A DNA stretch of 38,961 nucleotides, taken from positions 1 to 38,961 of the forward strand of contig CAXGMD010000025.1 in NCBI GenBank assembly GCA_964010765.1, in the 5' to 3' direction. The position numbers were made by a program, and so were the translations under genes. The notes beneath the pieces were generated by a model, which was not told where the DNA came from, searched no databases, and worked only from the letters and a program-made list of their open reading frames with translations. This DNA is from an uncultured bacterium (GTDB taxonomy: Bacteria; SAR324; NAC60-12). Of this stretch, positions 1 to 8,827 are shown in pieces. Position 1 is the stretch's first letter; each line of letters opens with the position of its first letter.

Positions 1-509
1 ACTTCAAATGCGTTGTTAGCTTCTGTCCACTCTTTGTCAACGATGTAGAAAATTGGCATGTTTAGCAGAAGAATGGGATCTGGACCTTTTGTAATTATAT
101 CAATGGTATAATCATCAACTTTTCGAATTTCTTTGACAGTTGCTAATGCAAAGCTCATTTCAGAGGATTCTTGAGTTTGACGCTTGAAAGAATATAAAAC
201 ATCATCGGCATTAAACGGGTTGCCATTATGAAATTTGACTCCCTGCCTTAGCGAAAATCTCCAGGTAGTGGCATCCAGTTTCTCCCACTTTGTGGCGAGA
301 TCTGGTTCCAATGAAAGATCAGCTTTCCGATGAAGTAACCTTCCATAAAGATTCCCTTTCATCGTATTGGTGGGACCCTCGTTGTTGGCGTGAGGATCGA
401 GGCCTAGGACATCACCTGTCGTGGCATAGCGGAAAGTCTTCGCTTCAGCGATGCCAGCAAGGGTTACCGCAACCCCCATTAGTAAGAGTTTCTTGAATAC
501 ATTTCGCAT
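1..509 (-). CDS. ABC transporter substrate-binding protein, family 5 (Dpp/Opp-like), 5' part; runs off the window
   Basis: Not in the ORF track. Manual translation from ATG at 509: MRNVFKKLLLMGVAVTLAGIAEAKTFRYATTGDVLGLDPHANNEGPTN...EPDLATKWEKLDATTWRFSLRQGVKFHNGNPFNADDVLYSF. Signal peptide, LDP motif and family-5 signature; GGAG RBS upstream. Confidence 0.9.
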   Translation of the reverse strand, partial: MRNVFKKLLLMGVAVTLAGIAEAKTFRYATTGDVLGLDPHANNEGPTNTMKGNLYGRLLHRKADLSLEPDLATKWEKLDATTWRFSLRQGVKFHNGNPFNADDVLYSFKRQTQESSEMSFALATVKEIRKVDDYTIDIITKGPDPILLLNMPIFYIVDKEWTEANNAFE

Positions 510-592
510 GATTGCTTCTCCAATTAGTGTTAGTGGTTCAAGCGAGGTGCAGAAGATTTATATTTTGGATAGGAATTGTCAAGTTTCGCATG

Positions 593-1825
593 TCAATTCA
601 ACTCGTTGCGTTGAATTTGACCATCCTGAATGATCATTTGCCAACGTGCATCGGTTAATAGATTGATGTCTTCCAATGGATTACCCTCTAACACAAGGAG
701 ATCCGCAAGAGCTCCTGGAATAACCTCTCCAAGTTCACCAGCCATCCCAAGAATTTCAGCGTTCGTCTTAGTCGCAGATTCCAAGATCTCAAAGGATGAT
801 AAAACCTCTGAGCGTACTTTGAATTCCCTGCGTTGCTCTGAATGAAGTGGCCCTAGTAAGTCAGTCCCAAAGCCGACTTTGGTTCCTGCTTCTTTGCAGA
901 CCTCAAGCGACCGGAGGCCATACTTCAAAACATTCTGAAGCTTAAGGATACTCACCTCTGGCAGCCCCAAGTCTTTGCCATTTTCTTCCATGGCAAAATA
1001 AGTGATCAGAGTAGGTACGATGTAGGCCCCTTTCGAAGTTGCGAGGTGAGCTGTTTTGAGGTCAATCAAGTTGGCATGCTCAATAGTACGAACGCCACAG
1101 TTAAGGGCATGGGTGATGGCCTCAGCAGTGTAGGCATGAGCCATCACGTAGGTTTTCCAATGCTCTGCTTCTTCAACAATGGCACGAAGCTCCTCTTCAG
1201 AATACTGAACATTAGCGATCGGGTCATATGGTGAGGCCACTCCACCAGAGACCATTGCCTTGATCTGATTGGCACCTTGTCGCAATTCCTCTCGGGTTGC
1301 CTGTCGAACAGCAGAAATGCCATCGGCTAATCTTGAGGTGAGTGCTGCTCCACTCGAACAACCGCAGGGTTCTGGGTGCGCTTGGGTTCTCCGACGGAAA
1401 TCCCCATGTCCACCAGTTTGACTTAGGGCTCGACCTGCAATCCAAATACGCGGACCACGAATCAAGCCCTGTTCCTGTGCGGCCTGAATCCCCCAATCTG
1501 CTCCGGCTGCATCCCTCACAGTAGTGAATCCTCTGTCGAGCATCTCTCCCATTAACTTTCCAGCCATTGCGGTCACTAAAGTCTGCGGAATGCTGTCGAC
1601 ATTGCGGATATTTAGGTCACTGAGGATCACGTGGCAGTGGGCATCGATCAATCCGGGCATTAGGGTTTTGCCCTTCAAATCAATCCGCGTTGCATTGCCC
1701 ATTTGGATTGGTTGATCACTGACTTCCCTGATTCGCTTCCCCTCAATCAAGATTGAGGTGTCTGGCCTTGGTTCATGAGAATTTGCATCAACAAGGGTAC
1801 AGTTCTCTAAAATCGTGAGGTTCAT
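593..1825 (-). CDS. Metal-dependent amidohydrolase (Xaa-Pro dipeptidase/prolidase-like subgroup)
   Basis: PGLIDAHCH (HxH), GFTTVRDAAG, TGGHGD, MAHAY, IEHAN and GTD metal ligands. Confidence 0.88.
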   Translation of the reverse strand: MNLTILENCTLVDANSHEPRPDTSILIEGKRIREVSDQPIQMGNATRIDLKGKTLMPGLIDAHCHVILSDLNIRNVDSIPQTLVTAMAGKLMGEMLDRGFTTVRDAAGADWGIQAAQEQGLIRGPRIWIAGRALSQTGGHGDFRRRTQAHPEPCGCSSGAALTSRLADGISAVRQATREELRQGANQIKAMVSGGVASPYDPIANVQYSEEELRAIVEEAEHWKTYVMAHAYTAEAITHALNCGVRTIEHANLIDLKTAHLATSKGAYIVPTLITYFAMEENGKDLGLPEVSILKLQNVLKYGLRSLEVCKEAGTKVGFGTDLLGPLHSEQRREFKVRSEVLSSFEILESATKTNAEILGMAGELGEVIPGALADLLVLEGNPLEDINLLTDARWQMIIQDGQIQRNELN

Positions 1826-1888
1826 AAATCTACCTGTGAAGTTTAGGATTCTTTGAATTTTAGCCCTAAATTGCCGAATGAAAGTTAA

Positions 1889-3433
1889 TTAAGCACTTAC
1901 CTTCGAAAGATACTCTCGGTGTCCCAAGCTCCCCTGGATCATTTCCAGATATTTGCTATGAAGTTGCTTCAATTCTTCCTGTGCCTGGCGCTTTAGATTC
2001 CTGTTTGACATTTCTTGACGTGCAGCCCCCTGAGAAAGCAGGCCGAGTCCATCCAAAACCGGGAAGTACAACTGCGTTTCGACGTGAGGAAGTCCTGAAA
2101 GAAAACCCTCAAAATGTTCTCGCTTTGGCAGACTCTTCTGCCATCGTTCCAATCGCCCAATAGATTCCTCACCCAAACATTCTTGATGAACAAATTCCCA
2201 AAAAGGGGTGTCCCTTCTTTCAGAACGATAGTGGATGTTCAAAAATGTTCTGAAATCATCAAACTGATGAGCAATTCGCTGGTTGAAATCTTTTCTGCCG
2301 CTGTAATCGCCATTCAGTGCAGCGGATAAGTATTCTTTGGCAAAAAGGATTAGCTGTACGAGAGTACTGTGAATTGAGGTGGCTTCCAGAGGTTCGAGAA
2401 AGCCTGCCGAAAGACCTACTGCCACACAGTTACTCTGCCAACTGTCCTGCAGCCGACCGACCTGAAAGCGTAGATCCTGTCTTGGTTCAATCGGATGACC
2501 GAGCACAGATTCAATCTCTTCTTGAGCTTCCTCGGGGCTACAATATTTATCACAATACACATAGCCACAGCCTAAACGATCTTGCGTGGGAATTTGCCAC
2601 ATCCAGCCAGATTTTTGAGCCCATGCGAGTGTGTAAGCGGGAATTTCTTTTGATGTGTCGAGATCCAGAAAGAAGGGCATTGCACGATTGACGGGCAATT
2701 CAGCTGAGTAATCCACCCATTCATTGCCAAGAGTTTTCTCAATCAAGATTCTCCGAAATCCAGAGCAGTCAATAAAGAAGTCTCCTTCAATTAGATCTCC
2801 ATCATCCATCTTGAGGGACGTGATATGACCCGTTTCTGAATTCCTGAGGGCCTCTTCGACGACTCCATCAACAATCCGAATTCCTTTGGACTTTTTGCGG
2901 AGATATTGGCCAACCAAGGCATTGTCAATATGGTATGCGTGCAGAAAAGGGTGGTTTGGAACAAGCTGGTCTTTTTGGGTTTTTACTGGAGCAAGTCCCT
3001 TGGAAAGCAGGATCTGGAAGAGGTGAGCCTCTGAAACAGAACGTCCCGCAGCAACGCAATAACTATTCAGGTACTCAAATCCATCTTCACCGGCTGGGGG
3101 AATGAGAAAGTGCGGATCGTCGATTGGACCGTCGTAGTGGTGGCCCAGCTTCCGCCAGTCTTTGTGGCGTATTCCATATTTGATGGTGCCTCTTGTCTCA
3201 CTGAGGAACTCGGCTTCTTCTAAACCAAAGGAATCAAGAAAGGTTTTAAAGATAGCCGTAGTTCCTTCTCCTACCCCGATCACGGGAATCTTGGAGGATT
3301 CAATGACAGTTACCTTCGCAGATAGTTCGTGCTGTCTACAAAAGTCCTGCAGCAGAAACGCACTGAGCCACCCTGCCGTACCGCCACCCAGAACAACAAT
3401 CTTTTTCTCAAATATTGATGAATTATCAGTCAT
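1889..3433 (-). CDS. Flavin-dependent halogenase family protein (tryptophan halogenase-like)
   Basis: GGGTAGW FAD motif, IGVGEGT, catalytic-Lys-equivalent TIK85YGI, FIDCSGF, WMWQIP (WxWxIP), FLEPLEATS. Confidence 0.9.
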   Translation of the reverse strand: MTDNSSIFEKKIVVLGGGTAGWLSAFLLQDFCRQHELSAKVTVIESSKIPVIGVGEGTTAIFKTFLDSFGLEEAEFLSETRGTIKYGIRHKDWRKLGHHYDGPIDDPHFLIPPAGEDGFEYLNSYCVAAGRSVSEAHLFQILLSKGLAPVKTQKDQLVPNHPFLHAYHIDNALVGQYLRKKSKGIRIVDGVVEEALRNSETGHITSLKMDDGDLIEGDFFIDCSGFRRILIEKTLGNEWVDYSAELPVNRAMPFFLDLDTSKEIPAYTLAWAQKSGWMWQIPTQDRLGCGYVYCDKYCSPEEAQEEIESVLGHPIEPRQDLRFQVGRLQDSWQSNCVAVGLSAGFLEPLEATSIHSTLVQLILFAKEYLSAALNGDYSGRKDFNQRIAHQFDDFRTFLNIHYRSERRDTPFWEFVHQECLGEESIGRLERWQKSLPKREHFEGFLSGLPHVETQLYFPVLDGLGLLSQGAARQEMSNRNLKRQAQEELKQLHSKYLEMIQGSLGHREYLSKVSA

Positions 3434-3526
3434 AAAAGCACTTTGGGAGCGTCATGACCTGAATTCTTTGAATGTTCCAAGCCTATTTTCAGAAGCATGA
3501 TACACTAGCGAAATCATCAAGTTTTC

Positions 3527-4900
3527 TTAGTGCAACGCTGGAATCATGTCGCCATGGGCTGACAACATATCATCTGTTAGCTTCCAAATGTCATCAAGAG
3601 ATAGTTCTGCTGCGGTGTGAGGGTCCATCATCGCTGCATGGTAGACGCTCTCTTTCTTGCCGGTTGCGATTGCCTCCACAGTGAGTTCTTGTACGTTGAT
3701 GTTCGTCTGCATCATTGCGGCTAGTTGGGGTGGAAGCTTACCAATCTTAGTTGGTGAAATCCATGAGCGATCAATCAAACAGGGCACCTCAACACAAGCC
3801 TCTGCTGGAAGATTGTCAATCAAACCGTTGTTGGGCACATTCCCATTGATCACAACGGCATCTCCGGTAACCGCAGCACGGATTATCTCTCCCGCGTATT
3901 CGTTGGATCGATAGGTTTCCAGCTTGCTTTCCTCCTGCAGGGTGTTTGCGTAATCGCCCCAGCGTTTTAGAGAGTATTCGCAACGGTCAACATATTCATC
4001 CAGAGGAACCTGGTATTGTTCCAGAAGATCTGGCCGATCTCGCTTGATGAACCAGGGTACATACTCAGCAAAGTGTTCACTCGACTCGGTAACAAAATAC
4101 CCCATTCGATTCAACATCTCATAGCGCACCCTTTCGGTCAGGTGAGACATCCGATGGCCTTCCGGCCTTGGTTTTCTGGCTCTGCTGGAGAACTGATCTT
4201 CTCCAGAAGCAATTTTTTGAGCGAGTTCACGTAACCTTGGGTATAGATCCTCGGTGGTTCCATCAGCGAGGCGCTTACCGAACTTTAAATAAAAGGCCAT
4301 GTGATTGATACCAGCGCATTGGAACACGATGTCTTCCACCTTCTCACCAAGGTCGTCAGCAAGCATTTCGGCAGTTCCTTGGACGGAGTGGCATAACCCC
4401 ACAGTCTTCACTTCTGGAACGAGTCTGGCGATAGCCATCATGTTCATGCACATTGGATTGACATACTGCAACCAGATCGCATCTGGGCAGATTTCCATGA
4501 TGTCCCGTCCAATATCTACGAGTACAGGAATGGTTCTGAGTCCACGCATGATTCCACCCACCCCCAAAGTGTCAGCAATCGTCTGACGCAGACCATATTT
4601 TTTGGGAATCTCAAAATCAATCTTTGTCGCAGGGTCATAACCACCCACCTGAATTGAAGTCTGAACAAAGTGGGATCCTCGAAGGGCTTCTCTTCGATCG
4701 GTGTGCATTGTGATCTTAGGATTTGCCCCAATTTGTCTGGCTACAGCTCGAACAATCAGGTCTGACACACGCAATCTTTCACTGTCAATGTCCATCAGAG
4801 CCAGTTCAATATTTTTGAATTCTGGCATCAACAATAAATCGGTGACAATTTTCTTTGTGAACTCAGTGCTTCCGGCACCAATTAAACATAGTTTTACCAT
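3527..4900 (-). CDS. melA: GH4 NAD+/Mn2+-dependent alpha-galactosidase (MelA-like), paralogue with an internal insertion
   Basis: IGAGS NAD motif, QTIADTLGVGG, YVNPM, GLCHSVQG, GINH, TESSEHFAEY. Confidence 0.85.
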   Translation of the reverse strand: MVKLCLIGAGSTEFTKKIVTDLLLMPEFKNIELALMDIDSERLRVSDLIVRAVARQIGANPKITMHTDRREALRGSHFVQTSIQVGGYDPATKIDFEIPKKYGLRQTIADTLGVGGIMRGLRTIPVLVDIGRDIMEICPDAIWLQYVNPMCMNMMAIARLVPEVKTVGLCHSVQGTAEMLADDLGEKVEDIVFQCAGINHMAFYLKFGKRLADGTTEDLYPRLRELAQKIASGEDQFSSRARKPRPEGHRMSHLTERVRYEMLNRMGYFVTESSEHFAEYVPWFIKRDRPDLLEQYQVPLDEYVDRCEYSLKRWGDYANTLQEESKLETYRSNEYAGEIIRAAVTGDAVVINGNVPNNGLIDNLPAEACVEVPCLIDRSWISPTKIGKLPPQLAAMMQTNINVQELTVEAIATGKKESVYHAAMMDPHTAAELSLDDIWKLTDDMLSAHGDMIPALH

Positions 4901-4941
4901 GTTAGTTCCTGTTAGTTATGAAATTGTGGAATGCATCTGCT

Positions 4942-6612
4942 TCAGTTGAAGTTCTGCGAAGTACTCTGGGGTTGGTCAGAAACAACCTCAAAAGCAGCGT
5001 TGACCAAGGCCTTGGTATATTCTTTTTGGGGATTAACCAAGACATCCTGTGTGGGGCCAGCTTCAACAACGTTCCCATGCTGCATGACAAGGACGTTGTG
5101 GCAAAGAGCCTTGATGACCTTTAAGTCATGGCTGATGAACAAATAGGAAAGTTTGTGTTTGTCCCGAAGATCCTTGAGAAGGTCGATGATTTGCGCCTGT
5201 ATAGAAAGATCCAAGGCGGATGTAGGCTCATCTAGGAGCACAAATTTGGGTTTCATCACCATCGCTCGGGCGATGGCGATTCGCTGGCGTTGTCCTCCTG
5301 AAAATTCATGGGGGAATCTATCCATAACATCTGGATCCATCTGCACATCTTTTAGGGCAACACGAACCATTTCATCACGATCCGCATCGCTATTGCCGAT
5401 ATTGTTGACCACCAAACCTTCAGCAATAATTTGTCGGACAATCATGCGCGGATTCAAGGACGAAAAGGGGTCTTGGAAAACAACTTGGACCGATGTTCTT
5501 AAGTCTCTCAGATCTTTTCTTTCCACATTATCAACCCTGCGCTCACCAAAACGGATCTCTCCCCCCTGAGAACTGATCAACCGAATCAACGCCAAGCCAA
5601 GAGTTGTTTTTCCAGATCCTGATTCACCCACTACTCCAACAGATTCACCCTCTCGGACTCTGATATCAACATTGTTGACAGCGACCAAGTCCTCGGTTTT
5701 TCTGTTGAAAAAACTCCCGTGTCTTATTTTAAAGACCACTCGAATTTGATCGCCCTTGAGACTGGAGGGTGGGTCACCTTGAAGAGGAGGGGGAGAACCC
5801 TTTGGTTCGCTCCGGATCAAATGCTGGGTGTAGGGATGCTGAGGATTGGTAAAAACCTCCTCAGTTAAACCTCTTTCTACGATCTCTCCGTTTCGCATCA
5901 CACAGATCTGCTCACTCGTCTTACGAACCACGTTGAGATCGTGAGTGATGAGGAGGACAGACATGCCATACTTGACCTGTAAATCCTTAATCAGCCTCAA
6001 AATCTGGGCTTGAATCGTTACATCCAGGGCTGTTGTTGGTTCATCTGCGATCAACAACTTCGGTTCATTGGCAATTGCCAAGGCAATCATGACTCTTTGA
6101 CGCTGGCCCCCAGAGAGCTGATGAGGATATTGATCCAATCTGGCTTCAGGTCTTGGGATTCGTACTTCTTGGAGTAGTCGTAGGGCACTTAAACGAGCTT
6201 CTTTCTTGGGCATTTTTTGATGTGCTAAGATGCTCTCCATAATTTGACTCCCAACCGTGTAGAGTGGATTCAGGCTGGTCATTGGTTCCTGAAAAATCAT
6301 CGAGATTGCGCTACCTCTAATTTTTTGTAATCGCTCATCTGGCAAGCCAATCAACTGTTGTCCTGAGAATTCGACGGAAGTATGCTTTCCAACCACAGCG
6401 CGTTCTGAAAGCATCCCCATCAAAGCCCTGGCAGTAACAGATTTGCCAGAACCACTCTCCCCAACCAGTGCTAGTGTTTTTCCCTGAATAATATCAAAAC
6501 TGACTCCCCTGACGGCTTGAACGAAGCCTTCAATGATGGGGAAGCCAACTTCAATATCCTTCGCCTTCAATAGTATTTGATCTGAATTTGTTGACATGGG
6601 AGGCTGACTCAC
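4942..6612 (-). CDS. ABC transporter ATP-binding protein, two fused NBDs (OppD/F, YejF-like)
   Basis: Two Walker A motifs (GESGSGKS/T), two SGGQRQR signatures, DEPT Walker B. The GTG start overlaps the upstream stop (GTGA); an alternative ATG lies at 6597. Confidence 0.93.
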   Translation of the reverse strand: MSQPPMSTNSDQILLKAKDIEVGFPIIEGFVQAVRGVSFDIIQGKTLALVGESGSGKSVTARALMGMLSERAVVGKHTSVEFSGQQLIGLPDERLQKIRGSAISMIFQEPMTSLNPLYTVGSQIMESILAHQKMPKKEARLSALRLLQEVRIPRPEARLDQYPHQLSGGQRQRVMIALAIANEPKLLIADEPTTALDVTIQAQILRLIKDLQVKYGMSVLLITHDLNVVRKTSEQICVMRNGEIVERGLTEEVFTNPQHPYTQHLIRSEPKGSPPPLQGDPPSSLKGDQIRVVFKIRHGSFFNRKTEDLVAVNNVDIRVREGESVGVVGESGSGKTTLGLALIRLISSQGGEIRFGERRVDNVERKDLRDLRTSVQVVFQDPFSSLNPRMIVRQIIAEGLVVNNIGNSDADRDEMVRVALKDVQMDPDVMDRFPHEFSGGQRQRIAIARAMVMKPKFVLLDEPTSALDLSIQAQIIDLLKDLRDKHKLSYLFISHDLKVIKALCHNVLVMQHGNVVEAGPTQDVLVNPQKEYTKALVNAAFEVVSDQPQSTSQNFN

Positions 6613-7724
6613 TTGTCTGAATAGGGATCAACGGCATCTCTCAACCCGTCTCCCATTGCGTTGAAGGCAAGGACGGTTAGGATGATTCCTGCAACAGGAG
6701 CCATCATCCAAGGTGCTCTGTTAAACGATTGAAAATCAAGAATCTGATTGAGCATACTTCCCCAAGAAACCATCGGAGGCTGTACTCCAACCCCAAGAAA
6801 GGATAAAAAGCTCTCCAAGAGTATTACATCAGGCAATTGATAGGTAACCCAAACAACGATATGGGATGTAGTGTTGGGTACTATGTGTCTTAATAAAATT
6901 CTTGGCCTAGACGCTCCAACTGCTTCTGCTGCTCTTACATAATCCAGACTCCTAATTGAGATCACCATTCCTCTGATCTCACGACTGAATTGAGCCCACC
7001 TTAAAAGCACCAGTATCGCGGCGAACATAATAAACACGAGTACTGCATCAGCTCTTCTTGGTAATAAGGCAAGGAGCGCTAAATAAAGTGGTAGATCTGG
7101 AAAGGCTAAAATAAATTCAACAAATCTTTGTGTCACAAGATCGAAAGTCCCAGCAAAGTAACCCGAACAAACACCAACAACGATCCCAATCAATCCTGCA
7201 GTACCAACAACAAGGAAAGCCATCAATAATGTTATTCTTGTTCCAATTAATAATTTGCTAAAAATATCTCTTCCTAAATTATCAGTCCCTACTAAATAAA
7301 TGTATTCCCCTTTCGTTTGATCAACACCAAACAACCGTGTTTCTAGATTAATACCCAAAAAATTCCACGTTTCTCCTTTAGTAAAAAAATTAATGAAGAA
7401 TTTTTGATTTGGATCGGGCATGAATGAAAATTCATAGGTATTGGGATCCATTTCCTCGGTAATTCCGTACACAAAAGGTCTTGGATGGAAGTTCCCTCCT
7501 TGATCAAAAAAGTGTAGTGTTTGGGGAGGAAAGTATTGACGCTCTCGGTCTGTTCGCGTTGGAGAATAAGGTGAGAAGAAGGGGGCAAATATTCCCAATA
7601 TTATTATTGATATGACAATAAAAGTTCCAATTACAGCATATGGTTTCCTTAAAAATTTTTTACGTACAAGTTCCCAATAGGTTAAAGATTTCTTTGGTTG
7701 AGAGTGCAAATTTATATTCTTCAC
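6609..7724 (-). CDS. ABC transporter permease (OppC/DppC-like)
   Basis: GTDNLGRDIFS, EAA-like loop YVRAAEAVGAS, SFLGVGVQPP-SWG, GDGLRDAVDP; 4-nt overlap with the upstream permease. Confidence 0.93.
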   Translation of the reverse strand: MKNINLHSQPKKSLTYWELVRKKFLRKPYAVIGTFIVISIIILGIFAPFFSPYSPTRTDRERQYFPPQTLHFFDQGGNFHPRPFVYGITEEMDPNTYEFSFMPDPNQKFFINFFTKGETWNFLGINLETRLFGVDQTKGEYIYLVGTDNLGRDIFSKLLIGTRITLLMAFLVVGTAGLIGIVVGVCSGYFAGTFDLVTQRFVEFILAFPDLPLYLALLALLPRRADAVLVFIMFAAILVLLRWAQFSREIRGMVISIRSLDYVRAAEAVGASRPRILLRHIVPNTTSHIVVWVTYQLPDVILLESFLSFLGVGVQPPMVSWGSMLNQILDFQSFNRAPWMMAPVAGIILTVLAFNAMGDGLRDAVDPYSDK

Positions 7725-8749
7725 GAAGTTGTATGCTCCATAGTAGCATTTCGAACTCTTGGATCAAGAATTGCGAGGAGAAGATCAGCTATCAAATTTC
7801 CTATGATAAGCAGTACAGCAACCATCATAAAAATAGCTGAAACGACGTACATGTCTTTTGATGCTACACTTGAAAGAATAAGAGGTCCGACGGTAGGTAT
7901 TCCTAAGACAATAGCTATTTCAATTTCGCCTTTAACCATGTAGTCAAATCTAGAACCTAAATTCATCACAATTGGATGCAGAGCATTGGGTATAGCATGA
8001 ATAAAAAGTATACGATTTTTACTAAGTCCTTTTGCTTTTGCAGTTTCAATGTACTGCATCTTCATTACATCTAATAAGTTGCCACGCATCATCCTTAAAA
8101 TATAACTTTGTCCTGCCCAAATTGAAATTAAAAGAATGGGCCAAACATGGAAGAAAAAATCAACTAATCGATTCCAATCCCAATATCCTTGCAAGATATA
8201 TTCTGGGGATTGGATGGCTCCAATGTAAGGTGAGTGCCATACAAAAGCTAAGAAATACAAAATTACGATAGATATGATGAATTTTGGAATCGCAATTCCA
8301 GAAAATGCGATCAGTGTAGCAACTGTATCTGATAATTTATGCTGATTGAGGGCAGCATAAATACCTAATAATGCTCCAGTAATCTGGCCAATAATTAATG
8401 TGACTAAAGCTATTCCAATAGTCCTTGGAAATCGAAGGCCTAGTAGCTCAGAAACAGGCCTAGATTGGCTAAACGAAGGCCCCAAGTCAAATTCTGTTAA
8501 AATTCCCTTTAACCAGTTTAAGTACTGAATAATAAAAGGCTGGTCAAATCCGTATTTTTCCCTTAGTAATGCCGCAATTGGCTCAAGCTCTACTCTAGAT
8601 TGACCAGTTCTTGAGATTGTTTGATTTAACCAAACATCGACATAATCACCGGGAACAGCATAAATTATTAAAAATGAAACAAAAGAGATCCCAAACAGTA
8701 GTGGAATACTGGCAATAATCCGCTTGAACAGAAAGAGCAATAATCCCAT
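7721..8749 (-). CDS. ABC transporter permease (OppB/DppB-like)
   Basis: PGD, YGFDQPFIIQY, YIETAKAKGL, ADLLLAILDPRVR. Start moved to ATG 8749 (MGLLLFLFKRII), the typical OppB N-terminus. Confidence 0.92.
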   Translation of the reverse strand: MGLLLFLFKRIIASIPLLFGISFVSFLIIYAVPGDYVDVWLNQTISRTGQSRVELEPIAALLREKYGFDQPFIIQYLNWLKGILTEFDLGPSFSQSRPVSELLGLRFPRTIGIALVTLIIGQITGALLGIYAALNQHKLSDTVATLIAFSGIAIPKFIISIVILYFLAFVWHSPYIGAIQSPEYILQGYWDWNRLVDFFFHVWPILLISIWAGQSYILRMMRGNLLDVMKMQYIETAKAKGLSKNRILFIHAIPNALHPIVMNLGSRFDYMVKGEIEIAIVLGIPTVGPLILSSVASKDMYVVSAIFMMVAVLLIIGNLIADLLLAILDPRVRNATMEHTTS

Positions 8750-8775
8750 GAGTTTTGAATATGTGTAGAATGAGT

Positions 8776-8799
8776 AGGGGAGCTCATTAGAACCCCCCT
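8776..8799 (-). terminator. Stem-loop between the SBP and permease genes (mRNA stabiliser or partial terminator)
   Basis: Minus strand AGGGGGGTTC-TAAT-GAGCTCCCCT, 10-bp stem including G-U pairs, just after the SBP stop; a common position in ABC operons. Confidence 0.55.
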
Positions 8800-8827
8800 T
8801 TATCACTTCAGTTGGTAGGGAAAGCGA

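Noticed and set aside
554..596. Two minus-strand TTGACA hexamers upstream of the first SBP gene
   Set aside because: No convincing -10 at 16-18 nt spacing, so an internal promoter cannot be supported.
1889..3433. Pyrrolnitrin- or rebeccamycin-type biosynthetic cluster
   Set aside because: No prnB/C/D, rebO/D, NRPS or PKS genes in the window.
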